A program made the position numbers and the translations under genes. This document shows, in pieces, positions 21,678-32,596 of a stretch of DNA of 64,000 nt. Position 1 is the first letter of the stretch, and every line of letters begins with the position of its first letter. Source of the DNA: Promethearchaeota archaeon (GTDB taxonomy: Archaea > Asgardarchaeota > Lokiarchaeia > Sigyniarchaeales > SOKP01); contig JALGVJ010000008.1 of NCBI GenBank assembly GCA_029838195.1, positions 1 through 64,000 on the forward strand, written 5' to 3'. The notes below the pieces were generated by a model. The model worked only from the letters and a program-made list of their open reading frames with translations, did not search any database and had not been told where the DNA came from.

Positions 21678-23213
21678 ATGAAGCCCATTATAATGTTTAA
21701 AGATTTTAATTGGAAATACCGTGCTTCTCAAGACTTGGTGTTGAAAAATATCAATTTAACCATTCATGAAGGAGAATTCGTGGGAATTATGGGACCCACG
21801 GGGGCTGGCAAGTCTACATTATGCCATTGCATGAATGGCTTAATACCCTTGAGGACAAGAGGATGGATTAAAGGGACTGTAGAAATATTCGGCCAAAATA
21901 CCAGAAACGCTAAAATGACTGAATTAGGGCAAAAAATAGGTTTGATCTTTCAAGACCCCGAAACCCAATTCATCATGATGACCGTCGAAGACGAAATTGC
22001 TTTAGGATTAGAAACCCTTGGACTCTCTCGTTCTGAGATTAAGGAGCGTATTAAATGGGCGTTAAAACTCGTGGGCTTAGAAGGTCATGAACAAAAATCT
22101 CCCGATGAATTATCTGGAGGGCAAAAGCAGCGCGTTGCAATCGCTTCCATCATGGCAATGCGTCCAAGAATCTTAATTTTTGATGAGCCTACCAGTGACC
22201 TGGATCCAAATTCCAAATTCCAAATTTTTCAATTATTAGAAATAATTAGGAAAAAATTTGGCTTGACCATCATCTTAGTGAGTCATGAAACCAAAAAAAT
22301 ACTTCAGTTTTGCGATCGAATCCTCCTTCTCAAGGATGGAAAAATCGAGTTTGATGGAAAACCTTCAAATTTTCTTCAAAATGTCGAACTACTCGAATCA
22401 GCTGGAATTTGCCTGCCCTTTGAACTCCCGGACATTTTATCTGCAGTTTCTAAAAAGCAAATGAAAGCAATACCTCCACGGTTCGATAAAAAGCCCATCA
22501 TTGAGGTTAAAAACTTAAGTTTTACTTACCCAAACATGACAAAAGCATTAAAAGATGTAAGCTTGACCATATACCAAGGGGATTTTATAGCTATAATCGG
22601 AAAAAATGGATCTGGAAAGACAACGCTGATAAAACACTTTAATGGGCTTTTGAAACCGCAAAAAGGAAGCGTGTTCTTAAAAGGAAAGTCCATTACGAAA
22701 TATTCTATTCCCGAGATAGCTAGAACCATTGGTTTTTGTTATCAAAACCCCGATCATCAACTTTTTAAAAATACCATCAAGGAAGAGATTGAATTTAGCT
22801 TGAGAAACATGAAATTCTCCAATGATATAATTGAAAAACGTTATAATGACATTGTAAATTTATTAGATCTCAAAAAATTTGAAAAAATCTATGCTTCAAC
22901 ATTATATCTTTCAAAAGGAATTCGACAACGTTTAGCTTTAGCATCAGTATTAGTATTGGAACCCGAAATTCTTCTCATTGATGAACCGGCCACAGGACAA
23001 GACTTTTACTTGATAAAAAGTTTCATGAATATTCTTGAAAATCTAAATAAGCAAAATAGAACAATCATCATTGTTACTCATAATCCTTATATAATTTCAT
23101 ATTATTCTAAAGAAGTTGTCATCCTTAAAGATGGGAAGATTCGTGCTAAAATGCCTACCTTGGATTTTCTCAAAAATTCAGAAATGCAAAAACATGCTTG
23201 TTTTACCCCTTAA
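21678..23213 (+). CDS. ecfA: ECF transporter ATPase with two fused nucleotide-binding domains
   Basis: GPTGAGKS/FQDPE/LSGGQ/IFDEP and GKNGSGKT/YQNPD/LSKG/LIDEP. Confidence 0.92.
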   Translation: MKPIIMFKDFNWKYRASQDLVLKNINLTIHEGEFVGIMGPTGAGKSTLCHCMNGLIPLRTRGWIKGTVEIFGQNTRNAKMTELGQKIGLIFQDPETQFIMMTVEDEIALGLETLGLSRSEIKERIKWALKLVGLEGHEQKSPDELSGGQKQRVAIASIMAMRPRILIFDEPTSDLDPNSKFQIFQLLEIIRKKFGLTIILVSHETKKILQFCDRILLLKDGKIEFDGKPSNFLQNVELLESAGICLPFELPDILSAVSKKQMKAIPPRFDKKPIIEVKNLSFTYPNMTKALKDVSLTIYQGDFIAIIGKNGSGKTTLIKHFNGLLKPQKGSVFLKGKSITKYSIPEIARTIGFCYQNPDHQLFKNTIKEEIEFSLRNMKFSNDIIEKRYNDIVNLLDLKKFEKIYASTLYLSKGIRQRLALASVLVLEPEILLIDEPATGQDFYLIKSFMNILENLNKQNRTIIIVTHNPYIISYYSKEVVILKDGKIRAKMPTLDFLKNSEMQKHACFTP

Positions 23214-23277
23214 TACTACTAAGGAAATCATTCCCTAATGAATTATTCATTTGGAATAAAAAAAAAAAAATATAAAA

Positions 23278-24669
23278 TTATTCCTCTATTTTTAAAATTT
23301 TGAGTTGATTAATACGAATTTTCTCGGGAGTTAAATCATAAAATCGATAAAATATTAATAACCCAATAATCATAGCAACCATCGGAACAACTGCTAAATG
23401 CACGTGAATGCCCCATTCTGCTAAGGGCGTCTGCGTGGGCGAGCCTTCTACAAAACCCGTCATCACGTGTACGATGCTGAAACTTAATGCTTGTGCTACA
23501 ATTGCAAGCCTGGAAAAAAATTGCTGAAATCCATTATAAATTCCTTCTTTACGCTTGCCTGTTTTAACAACGGATTCATCTATGACATCCCCCAGAATTG
23601 GCATTTGCATGGCCCAAAACCCTCCTAGAGGGATGCCCCAAAGGACCATAACTATAATAAACTGAACGTACTCGTTAATGAAAATGAAAGGAGTTGTAAG
23701 CGCTGTCAATATCCCTCCCGTTATTAAAGCAACCTTGCGATTATCATTTAATTTATGTGCAAATTTGACCCAAGCTGGTGTAAAAATAAGTACTGAAATT
23801 AAAAATCCCGCCATTATAATGGTAACTGCACTTGCTTCCATTTTTAATATAAATCGTACGGCATAAGGAATGGACGCTGTCATGGATCTTATCATGACTT
23901 GATAACAGAACAGCAAGAATACGAAAACCACGAATGTCCTTTGTTTTAGCGCGATTCCTAATTCCTTGAAAAAAGATTCCCTTTTCAATTGCTCGTGAGT
24001 AGACAGATATTCTTCGACAAGTTGCTTATCTTCTCTACAGCCCGCTATTGCTAAGCTCACCCCTATAACCCCGATCATCGTGACAATCCACGCTTGCAAG
24101 AGATATGACTTGAGATCCCCAAATACAATGATCAATGGGGGTATTATCGCTCCAAAAGCAGAACCAAATACTCCTATGAAAATATTGAATCCCGTCGCAG
24201 TTCTGCGCTCTTCAACTGTGCGAAACTTGTCGGGAAAAAGCGCAGAGTAATTCACCCAGTAAATAGATGCGAACGTATCATATAAACAAATTGTAAAAAC
24301 TAACCATAGGAAAAGAGCGAACGGATTTTCCCGTGGATTCAAGGCTGGTGGTGTAAATATTAAGATATAAGAAAGAACATATCCAAAACCCCCTATCAAA
24401 ATCCATGGAAAGCGCCTTCCCCATTTTCTCGTGAAAAAAAATGGACGATCGCAGATATATCCGACGATTGGGTCATTTACTGCATTCCAAATGGCAAATA
24501 TTACGTAACCGATTCCCACAAGCCAAGAACTTAGTCCTATTTCAGCCTCATAATAAAAGAAGGTAAAAGCACTGAATGCCATGGCCATGAACTCATTTAC
24601 TAATGTTCCAAAGGCATAGGAAGCCATGTTTCCCTTAGAATGCGTGATGGTTAATTCATCATCGTTCAT
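23278..24669 (-). CDS. GPH-family MFS sugar/glycoside transporter
   Basis: IWNAVNDPIVGYICD...WGRRFPW, LFPDKFR, DVIDE...RKEGIYNG. Confidence 0.92.
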   Translation of the reverse strand: MNDDELTITHSKGNMASYAFGTLVNEFMAMAFSAFTFFYYEAEIGLSSWLVGIGYVIFAIWNAVNDPIVGYICDRPFFFTRKWGRRFPWILIGGFGYVLSYILIFTPPALNPRENPFALFLWLVFTICLYDTFASIYWVNYSALFPDKFRTVEERRTATGFNIFIGVFGSAFGAIIPPLIIVFGDLKSYLLQAWIVTMIGVIGVSLAIAGCREDKQLVEEYLSTHEQLKRESFFKELGIALKQRTFVVFVFLLFCYQVMIRSMTASIPYAVRFILKMEASAVTIIMAGFLISVLIFTPAWVKFAHKLNDNRKVALITGGILTALTTPFIFINEYVQFIIVMVLWGIPLGGFWAMQMPILGDVIDESVVKTGKRKEGIYNGFQQFFSRLAIVAQALSFSIVHVMTGFVEGSPTQTPLAEWGIHVHLAVVPMVAMIIGLLIFYRFYDLTPEKIRINQLKILKIEE

Positions 24670-25155
24670 TTTTTTTTCTATTCCTAATTAATAATTTTAT
24701 TTTTAAATAACGTGCTTATTTTTACCATTAGTCATTATTCTTAAAAAAGATATATCTTTTTTAATATCAAATTAAAGAAAGAAATGCGTGTAAAATTTTG
24801 ATTTTTATCATGGAATTGAAGGTTAAGACCTTTTATAAAAGCGAGCATTCATTCCAATAACATGAAATTTTTCTTGGTAAAAAAAAAATATTTCTTTCCT
24901 CCACTCATTCCTTATTTAAATTTATTAAAAGCAGCATGAAGGTCTAATAGAGGAAGTTTTATATTATTGCTAATAAAAATGGGAAATGAAGTGAAGGAAA
25001 AAATCATTTTTAAAAAGAGTAAAGTGGAAAATCTTAAAAATCTAAGAGGTTTATTTCTTACCAATAATTACGGAATAAAGGATATATTTAAAAGGTTCCC
25101 GTGCCCTAATTAGATTGTTTAAAGAAAAATTAACCAAATTTAACCGGGATGGAAA

Positions 25156-26178
25156 TTGAAGCCAATTTTAGGAATTCTATTGGGAGATGCAACAGGAATT
25201 GGACCCGAAATCATTGCTAAAATAAGTGCGGACGAGAAAATACATCATCATTGTCGACCACTTTTGATTGGAGATGCGCGTGTACTAAAAAGAGGAATGA
25301 AGCATGCAAGAGTTCATTTTCCTTTTTCAATTCTTAATGAGATTGATGATATTCACAAAATCGATTGGAAGGGGCCGATCCCCTTGTTAGATTTGAAGAA
25401 TTTAGATCCTTATAGTATTCGAATGGGAGAGCTCTCTGCTGAGTCAGGACATGCTACAGGAGAACAATTTGAGCGGGCTTTAGAGCTGTTTAATAAAGGA
25501 CTCATTCACGGTTTTAGTTTTGCGCCCTATAATAAGGCCGCATTAGAGCAAGGAGGACATGATATTTATAAGTTATTTGCCCGTAATTTGAAGATCCGGT
25601 GCCCTTTTGGAGAATTAAATGTATTGAATAATTTATGGGTGTCCAGAGTTACCAGCCATATTCCCTTGAAAGAGGTTTCTAATCGCTTGACCATTAAAAA
25701 TGTATTTGGAGCCATTCAATTATTGAATGAAACAATGATATTAGCGGGAAATGAAAAACCCCGTATTGCCGTAGCCTCGTTAAATCCGCATGCCGGTGAT
25801 GAAGAGTTGTTCGGAAAGGAAGAAACTGAATTCATTCAGCCTGCCGTTAAGTTAGCAAAAAAAGAGGGAATCAACGTAGAGGGGCCATTTCCCGCAGATA
25901 CCATCTTTTTGAATGCGTTTAAAGGCTTTTTTGATGGAGTAACTACGATGTATCATGATCAAGGACAAATTGCACTCAAGTTAATGAATTTTGAAGCCGC
26001 CGTGACGGTGATCGGCGGAGTTTCTTGCACCATTACAACACCCGCTCACGGAACAGCTTTTGATATCGCAGGAAAAGGCATTGCCAAACCCGATGCCATG
26101 CGGAAAGCCATTGAAATTGCTTCAGCTATAACACGTAGAAAAAAAGAACAAAGAAGATTTATTTCCAAATATTTTTAA
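25156..26178 (+). CDS. pdxA: PdxA-family dehydrogenase (probably catabolic, PdxA2-like)
   Basis: GDATGIGPEI, SHIPL, LNPHAGD, GPFPADTIF, MYHDQG, TPAHGTAFDIAGKG. Confidence 0.9.
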   Translation: MKPILGILLGDATGIGPEIIAKISADEKIHHHCRPLLIGDARVLKRGMKHARVHFPFSILNEIDDIHKIDWKGPIPLLDLKNLDPYSIRMGELSAESGHATGEQFERALELFNKGLIHGFSFAPYNKAALEQGGHDIYKLFARNLKIRCPFGELNVLNNLWVSRVTSHIPLKEVSNRLTIKNVFGAIQLLNETMILAGNEKPRIAVASLNPHAGDEELFGKEETEFIQPAVKLAKKEGINVEGPFPADTIFLNAFKGFFDGVTTMYHDQGQIALKLMNFEAAVTVIGGVSCTITTPAHGTAFDIAGKGIAKPDAMRKAIEIASAITRRKKEQRRFISKYF

Positions 26179-26323
26179 ACTGATTTAAAGTACCTTCATG
26201 ACCTCGTTGCTTCACTGGAATATAGTAGAAATGAATTTGCTGGAAAAATATTATTGTTAATCAAGGGGGACTGAAAAAATTCAATGAAAAATTTATATAA
26301 AAAAAATAAAAAACATCCCATTT

Positions 26324-27556
26324 TTAAACGTTATTTTTTTCACTTATTGTTTTAGGTAAAATCTTTAACAGCGGCAGGAGAAATACCACTGACATGATTG
26401 ATGCAATCGATAAAATCATGTATCCTGGTCTATAAAGATTATTGAAAGCGACAATAAATATGCTCAAGAGGAAAATGCTAATACTTCTTCCGAAAATATA
26501 GCACAAATTATTTATAGCATACGTTGTTGGTCTGTTAAGATCAGTAGTGATATCGCCCAAAGTAGCTTGAGTATTCGGGTCAACTCCTCCATATAATATG
26601 GCTGCGGCGCATGTCAATATAACAAATAAGACTATTAAAGGAACATTGCCCACGGAAAGAATAAGTGAAAATCCTAAGAAGTTAAGGATGGATCCACATG
26701 TAACTAGCAATATCACGATTTTTATTCTCCCATTCTTACTCTGCTTGTATACCCTATCCCCAAGAGAACCAAAAATAGGGCCACTGGGAATTTGCCCTAT
26801 TTGGGCAATTAAATAAAACACAAAAGCGATTTCTGGTTCAAATCCGTAATCATTTCTAAGCAATGTAGTATAATATTGAGTAATCGCTCCATACCAGAAA
26901 AACAAGAAGAAATTGAATGCTATTATGAGCAAGATCGCCCTGCTACGAACTATTTCTTTTAATGCTTCTAAGCTTATCCAAGATTCTTCTTGGGAAAGTT
27001 TCTTTTTTTCCGGAAACTGGGCTAATACTAGTAAAACCACACAAACGAATCCTCCAATAGTAATTATGTAAAGAGGTGTTTGCCATGGAAGGTCAGGAAC
27101 TAATAAGCTTGCTAAGAGAAAGCTCATTCCAATCCCTAAGACATAGAAAAGTTCTTTTATTCCAAAAGCTTTTCCACGCTCTTCTTCTTCGATTAGATCC
27201 ACGATGGTTGAATAGGAAAGGGGCAATATTGCGCCAAAACCGATCGCTGAAAAAATCTGAAAAATCAACATGGAAACAAAATTCGAAGCAAAAGTTGTAA
27301 GAAACGTGAATATCGTCCAATCCACGGTTGCTATTAATAATAATGTTTTCCGGGGGAATTTATTATCTAAAAATGCCCATATAATTGAAAAGAGAGATCC
27401 TATTGCTAAATAAATAGATACAATTTGAAGTACTTGAGCTTGTGTCATGGGTAAGGCATTTGCTATATCAATGGCCATCGGGGATAATATGCTTATCAAT
27501 GTGGAGGAGAAAAATACAACGAGAACTATTACTTTAAAAGTTTGTTTTTGTTCCAT
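26324..27556 (-). CDS. MFS transporter
   Basis: About 12 TM segments, LDNKFPRK, DLIEEEERGKAFG, GSLGDR. Confidence 0.88.
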   Translation of the reverse strand: MEQKQTFKVIVLVVFFSSTLISILSPMAIDIANALPMTQAQVLQIVSIYLAIGSLFSIIWAFLDNKFPRKTLLLIATVDWTIFTFLTTFASNFVSMLIFQIFSAIGFGAILPLSYSTIVDLIEEEERGKAFGIKELFYVLGIGMSFLLASLLVPDLPWQTPLYIITIGGFVCVVLLVLAQFPEKKKLSQEESWISLEALKEIVRSRAILLIIAFNFFLFFWYGAITQYYTTLLRNDYGFEPEIAFVFYLIAQIGQIPSGPIFGSLGDRVYKQSKNGRIKIVILLVTCGSILNFLGFSLILSVGNVPLIVLFVILTCAAAILYGGVDPNTQATLGDITTDLNRPTTYAINNLCYIFGRSISIFLLSIFIVAFNNLYRPGYMILSIASIMSVVFLLPLLKILPKTISEKNNV

Positions 27557-27740
27557 GAATAAGTTTTAGTTTTAAATGTATTTAAAGGTTTATTTTTAAA
27601 ATACTTAAAGAGAAGGTGAGTAATTAATTATTCCTTCCAAAATGATTTAGTTGAGGATATTACCAAATACTTTATCAAGTGTTTTTCAAAAAAAAAATAT
27701 CAAAAACCATGTTTTTTATTCAATAATTTAACGTAAGTAT

Positions 27741-29222
27741 TTAACTCAAGTCTACGATTTTAAGTCCCAGTAACTTCGCTCCAATGATAAAGTCTTCTTT
27801 CCAGTCCCCTACGAATGATACACGGTGCCATCCAAATGAATTCCAATCATAATTTTCCATTATTCTTTTAACATTGCATTCCACGAGCATTTTTGAAACG
27901 CATCCTCTTTCATCTACAACATTGCTTTTTATTTTTCCGGTGCGAATTTCAATACTTTTATTAAAAATGCTTATTTTTATGGTGGTCACGGGTTCTCCTA
28001 CGGGAAATTTCACACACGGCGAAGCCCCAACAAAATGCGATTCTCCATGATATTTTATTTCATAAGGAGCTACTTGATCATCATTTCCAAATACATTTAT
28101 CGGAGCAAGACAATGCATGTAAGTAATTAAATTATTTACGGTATCAATCGCATGATTGGAAACAAAACCAGGTCTTCCGGTAATGGTGAGACCATAGATA
28201 AAACTAATTAGAGAATCCACGTCTGATTCACACGTCCCATAAATCCCTTCTTTATATAATTCCATGAATGGTAAACAAGGATATGCCGGTAATTTCCCAC
28301 TTAAAAGAAAGGAACCGCAATCGGGCGTATAATAGGTAATATTCTTATCTTTTAAAAATTTCTTGAACGCTAAATATAATTTTGCAGAATTTATAATTGT
28401 TTTTTTAGTGGGCTCCACTTTTAGAGCGTTAATCATCCATTTTTCAGCAATTTTTTTCGCTTCCTCTTTATCCACGGCATCATAATAATTTAAAATTTCA
28501 TCCGGTTCCTCTTTAATCATTTTAATTCCAAATATTTCTTCAAGACCATGGGCATATTCAAGCTCATTTTTTCTCCACTGATGAGCTTGATCCATTCCAA
28601 TAATGTCCGTATAAAATTCAAAATTTTTATCGGCGGTAAACGTAGTAATTTGCTCCAAGAATTCTGGATGTTCCTCGGATAACTTTTTTCGCTCCGGACT
28701 CATAAACCCCAATACGCGCTCCCAATTTATTTTTAACTGATCACTTGCGTGTACTAAAACATTTTTCCCTCTTAACTTTAAGAGCTCACAAAAAATGTTA
28801 ATGGGCTTGCTAAAATCTTCCATTTTTTGAGAAGAAATGACATGGAGCGGATAATTTTTATCCCTGACAAGTGCATAAATTTTTGTAAAAGTATGGTCTC
28901 CCGCATAAATGAGATTGGCCATGATTGTTGGCTTTCTCATTTCAATAAATTCTAATCCTGCTTGAATTAACCCCGGATCTCCATAATGTCCAATTGTAAA
29001 TATCAAAACCCCATCGGATACCATGATGCGATTCTTAATACTCCCGATTAATGCATCATCATGCGTATAAATTAACTCATTTTTGTTAAATTCTACCCCC
29101 GCATGCCGATCCCTTAAATATTTTATGATGGAATCCATGACGCTTTCATTATCATGACCCAAATAAGGCCATCCTGCTTCCCACCGACTCTTTCCAATGA
29201 AAATGACTTGAATTTTTACCAT
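27741..29222 (-). CDS. L-fucose/L-arabinose isomerase superfamily protein
   Basis: C-terminal half PAYPCL...GTCESD...HC...CVSKM...GWHRV.FVGD resembles FucI/AraA-like proteins. Confidence 0.6.
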   Translation of the reverse strand: MVKIQVIFIGKSRWEAGWPYLGHDNESVMDSIIKYLRDRHAGVEFNKNELIYTHDDALIGSIKNRIMVSDGVLIFTIGHYGDPGLIQAGLEFIEMRKPTIMANLIYAGDHTFTKIYALVRDKNYPLHVISSQKMEDFSKPINIFCELLKLRGKNVLVHASDQLKINWERVLGFMSPERKKLSEEHPEFLEQITTFTADKNFEFYTDIIGMDQAHQWRKNELEYAHGLEEIFGIKMIKEEPDEILNYYDAVDKEEAKKIAEKWMINALKVEPTKKTIINSAKLYLAFKKFLKDKNITYYTPDCGSFLLSGKLPAYPCLPFMELYKEGIYGTCESDVDSLISFIYGLTITGRPGFVSNHAIDTVNNLITYMHCLAPINVFGNDDQVAPYEIKYHGESHFVGASPCVKFPVGEPVTTIKISIFNKSIEIRTGKIKSNVVDERGCVSKMLVECNVKRIMENYDWNSFGWHRVSFVGDWKEDFIIGAKLLGLKIVDLS

Positions 29223-29447
29223 TTTAAATCATTTTTCCCATTTTATAATATTAACTCATTTTATGAATATAATATAGATAAAAGAAATATATAAGAGTTA
29301 TTAAATAATTTTTCTTGGTAAAAAGTTAAAAGAGTTTTTTCAAAACGCTTTTAGTATTTATTTCTTAATTAAGGAAATAGAATCCTAAATTGCCCTCAAG
29401 AATCGTATGGCGTGAAAAATAAATAAGAAAAAAAATGTAATTTTAAA

Positions 29448-30842
29448 TTAAAGATTCATTTCTTTCATTTTCTCTTTTAGCTCTCTTGTCTTTTCCGGGG
29501 TTAAATCATATACAATTGTGAAAATGACCAGAGCAATGAGCGTTAAAATCATCAGAATCAAAGCAGTATGAATTCGAATTCCAAATTTCGCCAACTCCGT
29601 TTGGATATCTGAGTTAGGGTCAAAACCCGTTAACTTATGTGTAATCGCAAAAATCAATCCCTGCACGATTATCACAAGTCTTAAAAAGAAAATTCTCACT
29701 CCCATGAACGCCCCTTCCATGTGTTTTCCCGATCTCACAGTTGCCTCATCAATTGTATCGGTCAATACAGGATCCTGAATAACTCTTAGAGCTCCTCCGC
29801 CGATACCCAAAATGAATGCTGCGATTGTAAAACCAATCAAGCCTTTTACGATCATGAAAGGCAATAAGAAAATGGTATTAAAAAAAGGACCTAAAATCAA
29901 CATTTTTCGGTTATTTTTCATTTTTTGAGCTAACATTAACCAAAAAAAGATGGATCCCATCACACCGAATATAAATGCTACCATGAGATAAATGAAAACT
30001 GCCGCCTTTTCTTGTAAAATGTATTTCGTGACGTATTGAATAGAAGCTGTTAAAGATAATCCAATAATCCCATCTGTAAAAAATATTAAAATGACTACAA
30101 CGAAATTGTTCGAGGTTAATACTACCTTGAAGGCTTGAATAAATGATACCTTTTCTACGTCAGTTTGCTCCAAGGTATATCGTTCTTTCATTGCTTTTGC
30201 TTCAAGATGTCCCGGAATAATGGTCACGAATAAGATCAAGTTAATTATTGGAATAATCCACGCCATTCTGGCATACAACGATTTATCCACATATATAATC
30301 AATAGAGGGGATAAGATCGACCCGATAGCAGTTCTGGCTAAAATAAACACCTCTCCAATAGTTCCTACTTTTCTTCTGTCAGAATCTACACGAAATTTAT
30401 CAGGGAATAATGCATAATGGTTGAGGGAAAAGATTGTAATGAATAATTCATATAAAAGGAGAAATATTAAAAGCCAGGTGAATAGAATCCAAGCATCGCT
30501 CTTAGGATTGAAATCGGGAGGAGCAAAAATACCAACAAACAAGAGAATGGAAGGAATCCCTGCAATTATGATGTATGGAAAGCATTTTCCATATTTTTTC
30601 CAAAATTTCCTTGGCATGTCAATGAAATAGCCGACGATTGGATCGTTTATTGCATTCCAGATAGCATAGATCGTGTAGCAGAGCGTAATGATCCAGATAT
30701 TTAAACCAATTTCCGTTTCCCAAAAAAAGAATAAAAAAGCGCCGAATGCCATACCACTGGTATTAATCAATAAATCCGCCATGGTGTAGGAGAGAATGGA
30801 TCCTAAATCTAATTTTCAAATGTCTTTAGGTATTCGTGCCAT
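29448..30842 (-). pseudogene. GPH-family MFS transporter with an in-frame TGA at codon 9 (open ORF 29448-30782)
   Basis: ATG at 30842 reads MARIPKDI*KLDLGSILSYTMADL in frame with the 444-aa ORF (TGA at 30818-30816). Paralogs carry the equivalent N-terminal segment. The GxRFP motif is changed to GKCFP. Confidence 0.6.
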
Positions 30843-30944
30843 TTTAATTAAAACAACGATTGAAATTAGATCAATTTAAAAAAATTAATTCTTTAAACCA
30901 TTCTTGAATAAAAATTACAATCATGAAAATAAAAAGAAATCGAA

Positions 30945-31814
30945 TTAAAAAAGATTATATCCGTATCTATTTGGAGCGTAATTTTTCAATAGATTTTCTA
31001 AATTTTTAGCGAAGATCATTCTTTTTTCTTCTTCGGAAATGGGCATGCCTAATACTTTTTCGATTTCCACGCGGGGATGAAGGCTTGGACTATCTGTTCC
31101 GAAGAAAAGTCTTTCGATACCGATATCTGGATCTTTCATGGCTTCAAGAAATTTGTAGGTATAGGGGTTTCCGCACATCTCTAAATACGAATTTGGACAT
31201 TCTCGAGCGACTTCAATGGCATGATTAACTTGCGGACATAAACCAGAATGCCCCATGATAAATATTGTCTCTTCACATTGCTTTAGAAGTGGCAGAACGT
31301 TTATAATGTCTGAATGGCTTCCCGTGTGAGAAAGGATGATGATTTTATTTTTTGCACAAAATTCGAAAATCTTAATAAGCCGGTCTGCGTGTGTCTTGAA
31401 CTTAAATTTCATGATATCAGGATGGATTTTTATTCCGACTACTTTCATTTCTATTAATTCCCGGAGATCTTCATCTAAATGCTTGGAATTGGGATTAATA
31501 TATCCGAATCCTACAATACATTCTGGAAACATTTCATTCATGCGATAACTTAGTTTTCTATCCATCTTGAACACGGGAAGGTGAATGGCTTTATCAACAT
31601 GATAATAGTCCATGATGAGCTTATACAAATACACGTTCTTTTCCGTTCTATCCTTAGAAATTCGCTTAAAGCGGTGCCAATTCGTAAAAATTAAATCCAT
31701 GATTTCATATATTGCCATGTTTTTAAACAAGAATTTGAGAGGTCTTGCCACCAAGTTGGAAAAATGACTATGAGCGTCAAAAAGCACGTATTCCTCATCT
31801 TGATAAAGAATCAT
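30945..31814 (-). CDS. Amidohydrolase_2 family metallo-hydrolase
   Basis: DAHSH, GIKIHP, SHTG, MGHSG, FFGTDSP. Confidence 0.9.
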   Translation of the reverse strand: MILYQDEEYVLFDAHSHFSNLVARPLKFLFKNMAIYEIMDLIFTNWHRFKRISKDRTEKNVYLYKLIMDYYHVDKAIHLPVFKMDRKLSYRMNEMFPECIVGFGYINPNSKHLDEDLRELIEMKVVGIKIHPDIMKFKFKTHADRLIKIFEFCAKNKIIILSHTGSHSDIINVLPLLKQCEETIFIMGHSGLCPQVNHAIEVARECPNSYLEMCGNPYTYKFLEAMKDPDIGIERLFFGTDSPSLHPRVEIEKVLGMPISEEEKRMIFAKNLENLLKNYAPNRYGYNLF

Positions 31815-32596
31815 TTAGAAAAAAGCACCTCCGCATTTGAATTCAGAATCAATTTCCTCTCCGCATCACTTACTTGATACAAACTAAAAATTTTCACGAT
31901 TTCACTGCTCGGCAAGCAATAAGGATAATTTGTTCCGAACAAGAGTCTTTCGGGACCAATTCTCCATATAATTTCTTCCAGAGGGGAGGTGGTAGGTGCC
32001 ATGGATGTTTCGACAAGTACATTTGAATATTTCTTACAGCTCTTCCAAATATTTAGATAATCTGCACTCCCTCCTGCATGTCCCATGATGAATGTAAATT
32101 CAGGAAAAAAAGACACGATCTTATTAAAGGTGGCCTTCAATCCATTGGGACGAAAACCCTTCTCTTCTAATAAAGGCCAATCAGTATGAATGTAAATAGG
32201 CGTGTCTTGTCCTAACACGTCTAAAATACATTTAAAAAAGGGTTTTAAGAAATTTTTGTTAATTTTGAAGCCTTGTTCGGGATGGATTTTGATTCCTTGG
32301 ATTTTCATAGTAGCTTTTTGGTTTTCTAATAATTCTTTATTTTTTTCAGCATCTTTGTTAAAATCCATGCATCCAAACGTGATTGCTCGTGCTCCAAATT
32401 TTTTTTTTAACGGTTTGATTCTTTCAATAAATTCATTAATGTTATTAAAATCATTTGCCATGACTGTAGGCATCAAGCAGAATTTTCCTATATTAAATCG
32501 GTTTAAATAATTATCAAAATCATCTAAATTCGAAGCGTGGCAATGAAAATCAAATAATTCAAAATCGGCAATATCGACAAAAAATTTGCTTTTCAT
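31811..32596 (-). CDS. Amidohydrolase_2 family metallo-hydrolase
   Basis: DFHCH, GIKIHP, IHTD, MGHAGG, LFGTNYP; overlaps the next gene by 4 nt. Confidence 0.88.
   Translation of the reverse strand: MKSKFFVDIADFELFDFHCHASNLDDFDNYLNRFNIGKFCLMPTVMANDFNNINEFIERIKPLKKKFGARAITFGCMDFNKDAEKNKELLENQKATMKIQGIKIHPEQGFKINKNFLKPFFKCILDVLGQDTPIYIHTDWPLLEEKGFRPNGLKATFNKIVSFFPEFTFIMGHAGGSADYLNIWKSCKKYSNVLVETSMAPTTSPLEEIIWRIGPERLLFGTNYPYCLPSSEIVKIFSLYQVSDAERKLILNSNAEVLFSK

Noticed and set aside
30816-30818. Selenocysteine recoding of the TGA in the MFS gene
   Set aside because: The position is not a Cys/redox site in a transporter N-terminus and no SECIS-like structure was recognised. A nonsense mutation is simpler.
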